Source: a virus
IMG/VR virus record: IMGVR_UViG_3300003322_000327
Location: 1-38,120 of that record
Length of the DNA stretch: 38,120 nt
Reading direction: 5' to 3' (one strand)
The position numbers were made by a program, and so were the translations under genes. Below, piece after piece: positions 23,549 through 30,587 of this stretch. The first letter of the stretch is position 1. The number at the start of each line of letters is the position of its first letter. The notes below the pieces were generated by a model. The model did not search any database, had not been told where the DNA came from, and was given only the letters and a program-made list of their open reading frames with translations.

Positions 23549-25563
23549 CACTTGGCTCCTTTCTTCACGGGCTTCTTCACAGTCTTGCGGGCCGTGGTCT
23601 TGCGCGCCACCTTCTTCGCAGCCGGCTTGCGTTCCACTGGTTCCTTCTCCGCCGCCTCGGCACCTTCGGCCTGACCCATGAGACCATGGAAGACCTTGAT
23701 GTCGTTGTCGGTCAGTGGGTTGATCTTGATGAGCCGTCGGGTCTCGTCCACAGCCAGGATCTTCAACACCTGCGGATCAACTTCACCCCAGCCCTTGGCG
23801 TGGAGGACCTCGACCTTGACGCCTGCCTTCTTGGCCTTCTCCTGCACCTCGGAAAGGCTGTCACCCGTGAACAGCTGGGTGCCCTTGATTGCGTAGAACT
23901 CGGGCATGTCGGCGACGAAGACCATGCCCTGCTCATACATCTCGGGCAGGTACTTGGAGGTCAGCCCGTTCAGCAGGCAGTTGATGTGCGAGCCGTCCGG
24001 GTCAGCGTCGGCCAGATAGATGATCTTGCCGATCTGGAGCTTCTTCATCGGGTCCTTGTGCTTCGGGTCGAACCCGATGGCAGCCAGGATGTTGAGCGTT
24101 GCCTTGCTGATCAGCGCCTTCTCGCCACGGCGAACCGCGTTGAGGATCTTGCCCGTCAGGGGCAGCAGGGCTTGATGCGGCGCCTTGACCTTGCGGAAGC
24201 CGCCAGCTGCCGAGTCCCCTTCGACGATGAAGAGCTCGCGCATGTGGATCGGAGTCCCACGCCGGCACGGGCTGTAGGTGGACGGGAGCCCACTGCGCTT
24301 CAGCGCGTTCAGCTCCGTGGTCACGGCCTTGGAGGCCTTGAACTTGTTCTTCAAGGAGTTGATCTTGACGGCGCGATCGCACAGGCGCTTCGCCATCGCC
24401 TTGTTGGAGGCGAAGAACTTCTTCGCAGCCGGCAGCACCATGGCTCGGAAGTCGTCGCCCATGCGATCGTCCACCAGCTTGGCCTTGTCCTGGCTGGAGA
24501 AAGACGCCTTGTGCAGCTTGGCGTTCACGATGCCGAGCATGCCATCGGAGAAGTCGCCGACCTTGAACGGGTAGACCTGCTTCTTGTCCACGGTCTTGAC
24601 GCCGGTCATGTGGGGCTTGATCGCCTCGTACAGGACAGCGACGATGGAGTCGACGTGCTTGCCGCCCTGGCTGTTGGCCAGGCCGTTGGTGTAGCCCTTG
24701 AGTTCGAAGTCGTTGGCGTTCGAGAACGCGACCACCGCGTGGCACAGCTCGTTGTTGAACTCGAACTTGTCGTCCTCGGCCACGGCCTTGAGGGCCTTGA
24801 GGCGCTTCTCGATGTACTCGACCGGGCCCTTCTCGCTCAGGTACTGCGTCGTCTTGCCCTTGATGTTGACGACGATGCGCAGGCCGGCATTGAGGTAGGA
24901 CTGGATCTCCGCCCACTCGTTGAGCATCGAAGGCGGGAACGACTTGACCGAGAAGATCGACGCGTCCGGCTTGTAGTGGATCAGCGTCCCCTTCACCATC
25001 GGCTTGTTGTTGAACGGGCTCTTCGGCGCCTTGCATTCCTGCACTGGAGTCGTGAGCTTGCCCTTCTTGAACCCGATCTTGTACCACTTGCCCTTGTAGC
25101 ACGTGACGACGTCGAAGAACTCCGAGGTCGCGTTGGTGCCCTTGACGCCGACGCCGTGCGAGCCGATGGAGACCGCGTAGGCTTCCGACTCGAACTTGCC
25201 CGAGGTGTGGAGGGTGCCGAAGATGGCCTGCATCGTCGGCGTCTTCGTCTTCACGGTCTTGCCGTTGACGCTGATCTCACCCGACTGGATGCCCTGCGGG
25301 ATGCCGGAGCCGCCGTCCTGCACCCAGTAGGAGCCGTCGGAGTCGACCTTGATGGCGCCGAACTTGTTGCGACCAGCCAGGAACTCGTCGACGAAGTTGT
25401 CGGCGGGCTCCCGCAAGATCACGAACAGGCCATGGGCGTCGGTGCCGCCGATGTACATCGACGGATTCTTGCGCACGTTTTCGGGGAAGGCGAGGGTCTT
25501 GATCGACTTGTCGTCGTAGACCCCCGCTTTCTTTGCGGCCGGGGCCGCCTTTGCTGTTGCCAT
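23548..25563 (-). CDS. gyrB: type IIA DNA topoisomerase subunit B (GyrB/ParE-like)
   Basis: VRKNPSMYIG, ExxDN, GIP, LHTSGKF, GSHGVG, TOPRIM EGDSA, PLTGKILN, DADPDGSHI, KGWGE; Lys/Ala-rich termini. Confidence 0.95.
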   Translation of the reverse strand: MATAKAAPAAKKAGVYDDKSIKTLAFPENVRKNPSMYIGGTDAHGLFVILREPADNFVDEFLAGRNKFGAIKVDSDGSYWVQDGGSGIPQGIQSGEISVNGKTVKTKTPTMQAIFGTLHTSGKFESEAYAVSIGSHGVGVKGTNATSEFFDVVTCYKGKWYKIGFKKGKLTTPVQECKAPKSPFNNKPMVKGTLIHYKPDASIFSVKSFPPSMLNEWAEIQSYLNAGLRIVVNIKGKTTQYLSEKGPVEYIEKRLKALKAVAEDDKFEFNNELCHAVVAFSNANDFELKGYTNGLANSQGGKHVDSIVAVLYEAIKPHMTGVKTVDKKQVYPFKVGDFSDGMLGIVNAKLHKASFSSQDKAKLVDDRMGDDFRAMVLPAAKKFFASNKAMAKRLCDRAVKINSLKNKFKASKAVTTELNALKRSGLPSTYSPCRRGTPIHMRELFIVEGDSAAGGFRKVKAPHQALLPLTGKILNAVRRGEKALISKATLNILAAIGFDPKHKDPMKKLQIGKIIYLADADPDGSHINCLLNGLTSKYLPEMYEQGMVFVADMPEFYAIKGTQLFTGDSLSEVQEKAKKAGVKVEVLHAKGWGEVDPQVLKILAVDETRRLIKINPLTDNDIKVFHGLMGQAEGAEAAEKEPVERKPAAKKVARKTTARKTVKKPVKKGAK

Positions 25564-25577
25564 GTGGTTCCTACCTC

Positions 25578-25874
25578 CTACTTGATGGGTTCTACGTCAC
25601 GACGTTCGGTATCGGAGAAGATTCGCTCTACCAGGAACTGGAAGATTCCGTGACTGTCCTCGACGTTCTGCTCGGGATTAGAGTGTGTGAACACGGACAC
25701 GTCTTCTGCCTTGCCGTCCTTGAATACGGCGATGAGAAGCCAGCTCGCGGTATCAGAGCCGATGTACATGACGTCATAGGCATGATAGGCAACCCGCCCG
25801 TACAGCACGTAAGGGCGTGCCAGAAGTTCATGCACGCCCGTCAGGTCCAGCTCTCGTAGCTCGTTGTAGCGCAT
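25578..25874 (-). CDS. hypothetical protein (98 aa)
   Basis: Start MRYNEL at 25874, SD GAGGTG. Confidence 0.72.
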   Translation of the reverse strand: MRYNELRELDLTGVHELLARPYVLYGRVAYHAYDVMYIGSDTASWLLIAVFKDGKAEDVSVFTHSNPEQNVEDSHGIFQFLVERIFSDTERRDVEPIK

Positions 25875-25888
25875 CTTCACCTCACTCT

Positions 25889-27085
25889 TTACAGCGCCTG
25901 GATCAGCGCTTCGACTGCGCCATGCGGATCGGTCATGAACTCGAGCTCCAGCCACTTGGCCTTGATGCGCCGCACCTTCTCGAACGCGAGAGCGCAGGCC
26001 TTGTCGATCAAGTCGGCGCTCAACGGGATCGCCTGCTGCTCGTTGTCGGGATCGAAGAAGTAGGGCCACAGGGCCAGGGGCTTGTCCAGCCAGGCGACAC
26101 AGCGCTCACGTGTCAGCTCGGCCTTGATGCCCGCGTCGGCCAGGCTCGCGTTCAGCCTGGGGATCTTGCGACCCAGGCTCACCAGGGCACGCGCCTGGTC
26201 CATGATCTCTTGCTCCTTGCTGGAAAAGACGAGCCGGATGATCGCGTCCTCGACGCCCTTGGTGATCTCGCGCATCGCTGCCACCACGTCGGGACGATTC
26301 GGGTTCTTCGGAACCGGATGATCTTGCCCGACGGCGCCGCCTTGATCCAGGATCATGCGCCGGTCGTGGAACTTGGACATGACCGTGAAGAACTGGCTGA
26401 GGTCCCCGATCTGCTGGTTCACGAAGCTCGTGGTGTGGATCGACCGCCACTCGGTCCCCATCTTCTGGCTCACGTCCAGGTGGATGATGGGAGGAAGCGC
26501 CGGGCCGCCCTTGGTCGCCGGCGGCTTGTCCATGAACGTGAAACTCAGCTTCGTGAAGCCAAGCTCCAGCTCGTACTTGGTGCGCATGTCGTCGGCGCCG
26601 CTCTCGATCACCGGGTTGCGATCCGGGTCGAAGCTGTAGTCGATGACCAGCTTGATCCTGTCCGCCGTCTCCGAGTAGGATGGGACGTAGCGATGTCCCC
26701 AGCGGAGACAGAACCGGGCGAAGGACGCCTCGATCTTGGCGATGGCGCTGCGATTGCGATCTGTCGCGGGTGCGGAGAAGGCGAGCCGTGTGTCCGTCAG
26801 CTGGCACTTGCGCCCCTTCTTCGCCATCCAAGCCTCGCCGACGCGGTCGAGACGCTCATGCAGGATTTCCTCGAAGTTGCGGCTGCGCGCACGGATGCCG
26901 CGCTTGCTGGTCTGGAGCTCGAGCAGCGGCAGGTAGTCGCGATGCACCTTGAGAAGGGGCATCTTGAGATCGCGCAGGACACGGTACGACGGATCATCCG
27001 CCGGCACGTACCACTGCTTGATCTTCACGAAGTTGATGATCGGGCTTTCACTCGGTTGTTGGTGCTGATGAGTTTTCTCGCTCAT
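25889..27085 (-). CDS. hypothetical protein (398 aa)
   Basis: ORF track; SD AGAGGA; no motif recognised. Confidence 0.82.
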   Translation of the reverse strand: MSEKTHQHQQPSESPIINFVKIKQWYVPADDPSYRVLRDLKMPLLKVHRDYLPLLELQTSKRGIRARSRNFEEILHERLDRVGEAWMAKKGRKCQLTDTRLAFSAPATDRNRSAIAKIEASFARFCLRWGHRYVPSYSETADRIKLVIDYSFDPDRNPVIESGADDMRTKYELELGFTKLSFTFMDKPPATKGGPALPPIIHLDVSQKMGTEWRSIHTTSFVNQQIGDLSQFFTVMSKFHDRRMILDQGGAVGQDHPVPKNPNRPDVVAAMREITKGVEDAIIRLVFSSKEQEIMDQARALVSLGRKIPRLNASLADAGIKAELTRERCVAWLDKPLALWPYFFDPDNEQQAIPLSADLIDKACALAFEKVRRIKAKWLELEFMTDPHGAVEALIQAL

Positions 27086-27100
27086 ACGGTCCTCTGTCCG

Positions 27101-27382
27101 TTATTTGGTCAACCACTGTTGGAACTTCTGCTTGAAGGCAGGGCTCCGCTGTTCCACCTTTTGAAGAATCTCCACTTGCCGAGAGAGATCGGAGTTGGCC
27201 TGGGCCTTCTTCATGCTGTCAGCCAGGCGACGTGCAAGCCCGACTACCGCGAATTGCACCTCCTTCGCGGGACAGTCGTTGTTGCCCTTGGTGTGATGGC
27301 AGTCATCGAATGCGACCTTTTCTTCGGGGTCGAGATGCCTGCACTTCTTGCAGTTCCTGCTGTAAAGCGCCAGGTGATCCAA
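27101..27382 (-). CDS. small Cys-rich protein (93 aa, probable TTG start)
   Basis: SD GGAGAG precedes TTG at 27382; the upstream ATG (27460) sits inside a terminator loop. CKKC...C...C motif. Confidence 0.65.
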   Translation of the reverse strand: MDHLALYSRNCKKCRHLDPEEKVAFDDCHHTKGNNDCPAKEVQFAVVGLARRLADSMKKAQANSDLSRQVEILQKVEQRSPAFKQKFQQWLTK

Positions 27383-27406
27383 TTTTTCTCTCCAATGAAG
27401 CAAGTA

Positions 27407-27428
27407 AGGGTGTGATCGCTCACACCCT
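27407..27428. promoter_or_regulatory. perfect 9-bp inverted repeat (GNRA hairpin or operator)
   Basis: AGGGTGTGA-TCGC-TCACACCCT; the minus-strand loop is GCGA. Confidence 0.5.
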
Positions 27429-27443
27429 GTGGTCTTGTTGCCG

Positions 27444-27476
27444 AAAGGGTGGGGACCCATCAAGCAGTCCCCACCC
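27444..27476 (-). terminator. intrinsic terminator
   Basis: Minus strand GGGTGGGGAC-N10-GTCCCCACCC-TTT after the acidic-protein gene. Confidence 0.7.
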
Positions 27477-27493
27477 GCCGGCGCCGAGGCCGA

Positions 27494-28411
27494 TCAGTCG
27501 TCGAAGTTGAACTCGTCGTCCTCGCTGGACTTCTTCGACTTCTTCTTCGCAGCCGGCTTGGCCTTGGCCTTGGACTTCTTGGCCGGCTTCTCGTCTTCCT
27601 CGTCGTCGGAGTCGTCGTCATCGTCGTCGGAGTCATCGTCTCCGTCGTCGTCCGAGTCGTCGTCATCGTCCGAGTCATCGGAGTCGCCGTCGTCATCGTC
27701 CGAGTCGTCGTCATCCCCGTCGTCGCCGTCGTCCGAGTCGTCGTCATCGTCGTCGGAGTCATCGTCTCCGTCGTCGTCCGAGTCGTCGTCATCGTCGTCC
27801 TCGGCCGGCTTCTTCTTGCCCTTGGCCTTGGACTTCTTCGCCGGCTTCTCGTCTTCCTCGTCGTCGTCCGAATCGTCGTCCGAGTCGCCGTCGTCGTCCA
27901 CGTCCACGTCGTCGTCGGCGGCTTCTTCGTCGTCGCCGTCGTCCGAGTCGTCGCTGTCTTCTTCGGAGGCGGAGCTGGCGCCGACGCCCATCAGCGACAG
28001 GGCCGCGGTGTCGAAGACCACGATCTTGGCGCCGTCGGCGTTGACGTAGGCCGTCTGGCCCTTGATGTCCTTGACTTCGGCGATGGCGCCCAGGTCGACG
28101 GTCGCGCGGTAGTAGATCGTGTTGTTGTAGATCGCGACGACCAGCGTGCGCGGGATCAGCTGGTCGCCGACGCGGTAGGCCGCGCCTTCGAGGCTGACGT
28201 CGCCCGTGGCGCTCAGCACGACGTTCAGGCCCAGGTGCTGCACGGGGGCGGGTGCTGCCTTCTTGACCTTCTTCGGCGCCGGCTTCGTCGCCTTCACGAC
28301 CTTCTTGACGCGGGCGGGAGCGGCCTTGGCCTTGCGGACGGGCTTCTTCGCGGCCGGCTTGGCCTTGGCGCGGGTGTTGCGAACGGGCTTCTTGGAACGT
28401 GCGGTAGCCAT
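27494..28411 (-). CDS. bipartite basic/hyper-acidic low-complexity protein (305 aa)
   Basis: Start MATARSKK at 28411 (SD CAGGA). H1-like N-terminal ~55 aa, a ~85-aa beta-rich core, then a long Asp/Ser tract with two KPAKKSKAK patches. Confidence 0.85.
   Translation of the reverse strand: MATARSKKPVRNTRAKAKPAAKKPVRKAKAAPARVKKVVKATKPAPKKVKKAAPAPVQHLGLNVVLSATGDVSLEGAAYRVGDQLIPRTLVVAIYNNTIYYRATVDLGAIAEVKDIKGQTAYVNADGAKIVVFDTAALSLMGVGASSASEEDSDDSDDGDDEEAADDDVDVDDDGDSDDDSDDDEEDEKPAKKSKAKGKKKPAEDDDDDDSDDDGDDDSDDDDDDSDDGDDGDDDDSDDDDGDSDDSDDDDDSDDDGDDDSDDDDDDSDDEEDEKPAKKSKAKAKPAAKKKSKKSSEDDEFNFDD
27562..27866. repeat. intragenic duplications in the Asp-rich tract
   Basis: 62-bp exact repeat 27609-27670 = 27735-27796; 47-bp repeat (1 mismatch) at 27562-27608 and 27820-27866. 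Confidence 0.85.
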
Positions 28412-28486
28412 GTGATGGTTTCCTGTGTTGTTGAACAATCGATTGTGGAGCGGTGTCAGGTTGCAGGCCCGCTACCTTGCCTGATA

Positions 28487-28687
28487 CTATTTACGGTTTC
28501 CCGTAACTCGTGGTTGCGCGTTGTCAGGGTCTCGTGCGGCGTCGATCCGGGCGCGAAGCCATGCATTGCCTCCGAGGCGCTTCAGCTTCTCCTTCTGCGC
28601 CTGGGTGAGCGCGATGCTGACCGTGTGGCCCATCGCTACGCCGTAGATCGGCTTCATGCCCGCGCCGGGTCGAGCGCCGCCTTTCAC
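28487..28687 (-). CDS. small DNA-binding protein, GGARPGAG + RHH-like (66 aa)
   Basis: GTG start overlaps upstream TGA; MKGGARPGAGMKP...TVSIALTQAQKEKLKRLGGNAWLRARID matches the phage GGxRxGAGRKP/LGGxxWLR family. Confidence 0.72.
   Translation of the reverse strand: MKGGARPGAGMKPIYGVAMGHTVSIALTQAQKEKLKRLGGNAWLRARIDAARDPDNAQPRVTGNRK
28488..28498 (-). promoter_or_regulatory. putative late promoter AACCGTAAATA
   Basis: About 77 bp upstream of the 28411 start; identical to the 7516 and 30569 copies. Confidence 0.55.
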
Positions 28688-29454
28688 TCTTCTTCCGCCT
28701 CGATGTCGGCCGCGCGCTTGCGGCTGCGCTTCGGCGGCATCTGGACCTTGGTGAAGGCGGCCGGCAGGAACCGGCTGCAGCCACGCAGGAGGCGATAGAC
28801 CGGGTCGGTCTTCTCCAGGTCCTTCGGGGCGACGCGGCCGGTCTTCGCGTTCTTGACGATCTGCGAGACGGACCGGACCGTGCAGGTCAGGCTGTTGTCG
28901 GCGCTGCGTCGGCCGACGCGCATCAGCAGCTGGAACGTCGTGTTCTTGGGCAGCCGCGCGGAGCCGAACAGGGGCTTGTCGCCGTCCATCGTCGACTTGT
29001 AGGCCTTGACCACGCCGTTGACCTTGGTCTTGCCGCCGGTGTTGCGGAGCTTGATGTCGGAGCTGTACTTGCGTTCGTTGTTCGGCTTGAAGGTCTTGCC
29101 GGCCAGGCGGGCCATGATGCCTGCGGCCGTCAGCTGGTCGTAGCCACCGCCCTTGCCGTCGCACATCTCGTGCTTCTTGCGCTCGTCGGCGTCACGGCTG
29201 AACTTGCCCGTGTAGCGCGTGGCGCGCACGCGATTGCCCAGCAGGCCGTCCGCCTCGGTCGCGACCGTGACGAGCAGGAAGTGGGGCTTGAAGTCCGCAG
29301 GGGCTTGGAACGTGGGCAGCGGCTTGCGCTTCGCAGCCGGCTTGGAACCGGGCTTGCGGGCGCCACCGAAGCCGGGGCGCTTGCCGGCTGATGCAGCAGG
29401 CTTCTTGGCCACCGGCTTCTTCGCCGGGACGACCTTCTTCTTGGCAGTAGCCAT
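28684..29454 (-). CDS. highly basic protein with H1-like N-terminal tail (256 aa)
   Basis: Start MATAKKK at 29454 (SD AGAGG); PAKKPVAKKPAA tail followed by a basic globular region. Confidence 0.82.
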   Translation of the reverse strand: MATAKKKVVPAKKPVAKKPAASAGKRPGFGGARKPGSKPAAKRKPLPTFQAPADFKPHFLLVTVATEADGLLGNRVRATRYTGKFSRDADERKKHEMCDGKGGGYDQLTAAGIMARLAGKTFKPNNERKYSSDIKLRNTGGKTKVNGVVKAYKSTMDGDKPLFGSARLPKNTTFQLLMRVGRRSADNSLTCTVRSVSQIVKNAKTGRVAPKDLEKTDPVYRLLRGCSRFLPAAFTKVQMPPKRSRKRAADIEAEEE

Positions 29455-29498
29455 GGGTGTACCTCTTTGTGGTGAGAGAGTTGAAAGGAGTCTGAGTG

Positions 29499-29509
29499 TA
29501 TTTAGAGTT
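29499..29509 (-). promoter_or_regulatory. putative late promoter variant AACTCTAAATA
   Basis: Intergenic, about 45 bp upstream of the 29454 start. Confidence 0.5.
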
Positions 29510-29512
29510 CGG

Positions 29513-30175
29513 TCAGGAGCCCATTGCCAGCTCCTCCAACTCGAGCTCTCGAAGGCGCATGAGGCGCTGCTCTGCGGCCAGCTTCCTGGCTCGCTCGTGA
29601 TTCCCGGTCGAGAGCGCCCGGGCAATCTGGAACATGGGCATCTGCTGCAGGATCTGCCAGCGGATGGGAGGCTTCTCGATCTCTGTGAGCCACCATTGGA
29701 TCTGCTCGACGACCGTGCGATCGCTGGCGAGCACGAACTCCTGCAGCGACACCAGGTCGGACTGCTCGTAAGCTTCCTTTAGCTTCTGAAAGACGGCAAT
29801 GTCTTCGGAGCTGCGATCCGGATGCACGAGCTGGGCAATGCGGCGCCACGCCTTCTTGCACAGGAAGCGATGCGCCTCGCGCTGCTGGTACGTCATGCCC
29901 ATCGTATTTACGGAATCGCGCTCGCCGGCGCCGACCGTGTCGCTGAACTCGGTCATCGGAGCACCCTCGGTGCGGGCGCGGATGCGCTCCATCACCTGGA
30001 CGATCTTGTTCTCGAGTTCGGGATCGAGCGCGTAGATCGCATACACCTGGTCGTTGACCTGGTCGAGCAGCCGCTGGTAGCGCTCACGAACAGCGAAGGC
30101 GCGCCGCCGCAGACTGGCCGCGTAGGCCTGGAGCAGGGCCTCGTTCGGCGGACGCCAGAGGACGAGATTGGACAT
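29513..30175 (-). CDS. J-domain (DnaJ-like, HPD) protein (220 aa)
   Basis: KKAWRRIAQLVHPDRSSEDIAVFQKLKEAY is a helix II-HPD-helix III pattern. Start placed at MSNLVL (30175, SD GAGGA) because the longer ORF runs through a terminator. Confidence 0.72.
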   Translation of the reverse strand: MSNLVLWRPPNEALLQAYAASLRRRAFAVRERYQRLLDQVNDQVYAIYALDPELENKIVQVMERIRARTEGAPMTEFSDTVGAGERDSVNTMGMTYQQREAHRFLCKKAWRRIAQLVHPDRSSEDIAVFQKLKEAYEQSDLVSLQEFVLASDRTVVEQIQWWLTEIEKPPIRWQILQQMPMFQIARALSTGNHERARKLAAEQRLMRLRELELEELAMGS

Positions 30176-30234
30176 GCCGTGGATTCCTCGTGCAGAAGCG
30201 AGTACGTCCCTCATGCTGGACATGATGGGACGGG

Positions 30235-30267
30235 ATGATAACACACCCTGGACCTTGATCCAGAGGG
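30235..30267 (-). promoter_or_regulatory. putative extended -10 promoter with upstream inverted repeat
   Basis: Minus strand TG-T-TATCAT (-10 at 30235-30240); imperfect palindrome at 30246-30267 just upstream. Confidence 0.4.
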
Positions 30268-30271
30268 CTAT

Positions 30272-30300
30272 AAAAAATGTGGGCTCCACGAGGGAGCCCA
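30272..30300 (-). terminator. intrinsic terminator
   Basis: Minus strand TGGGCTCC-CTCGT-GGAGCCCA-CATTTTTT. Confidence 0.78.
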
Positions 30301-30302
30301 GT

Positions 30303-30587
30303 TCACGCGGCGTCACGACCGAAGGCGACGCTGCGATTGACGGCCGTCAGCTCGATCCGGGCCGGCTTCTGATCGAGCGCGGCCGCGGAGTCGGCGACGA
30401 AGACGATGAGACCCTGCCGGCGCTCTGGAGCAAGGCTCACCCAGCCAGAACCAGGGCCACGTCTGGGTGCGATCCTGACTGCAGGAGTCTTGCTGTTCAT
30501 GAAGAACCAGTGGCCGGCGGGCACGTTGATCCTGGTTCCTGGGCGCGGTCGCTGCGCCCTACGCATCTTATTTACGGTTTCTGCCAT
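30303..30587 (-). CDS. hypothetical protein (94 aa)
   Basis: TAATG coupling to the upstream gene. Confidence 0.68.
   Translation of the reverse strand: MAETVNKMRRAQRPRPGTRINVPAGHWFFMNSKTPAVRIAPRRGPGSGWVSLAPERRQGLIVFVADSAAALDQKPARIELTAVNRSVAFGRDAA

Noticed and set aside
23542-25653. 703-aa plus-strand ORF (similarly 22166-23383, 25817-27415, 35234-37249, 27449-28798 and other plus-strand ORFs)
   Set aside because: These are antisense shadows of well-supported minus-strand genes. Biased high-GC codon usage removes stops on the opposite strand, and the products have no recognisable motifs.
2811-25896. Near-copies of the late motif ending TAAAG (about 2811-2820, 19389-19398, 25887-25896)
   Set aside because: They lack the TAAATA core, and two of them simply include the TAA stop codon of a gene; not counted as promoters.
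27411-27424. TGTGA...TCACA as a CRP site
   Set aside because: The spacer is 4 bp, not the 6 bp CRP requires.
27600-27960. gtc/gtcgtc-rich repeats that superficially resemble an array
   Set aside because: They encode the Asp/Ser tract of 27494-28411; there is no constant repeat with unique spacers, so this is not CRISPR.
28688-29164. Upstream part of the 225-aa ORF 28487-29164
   Set aside because: Out-of-frame overlap with 28684-29454 and Arg/Gln/Pro-rich nonsense composition; only the last 66 codons look real.
30176-30316. Longer start (30316) for the J-domain ORF
   Set aside because: It would be translated through an intrinsic terminator; a good SD precedes ATG 30175.
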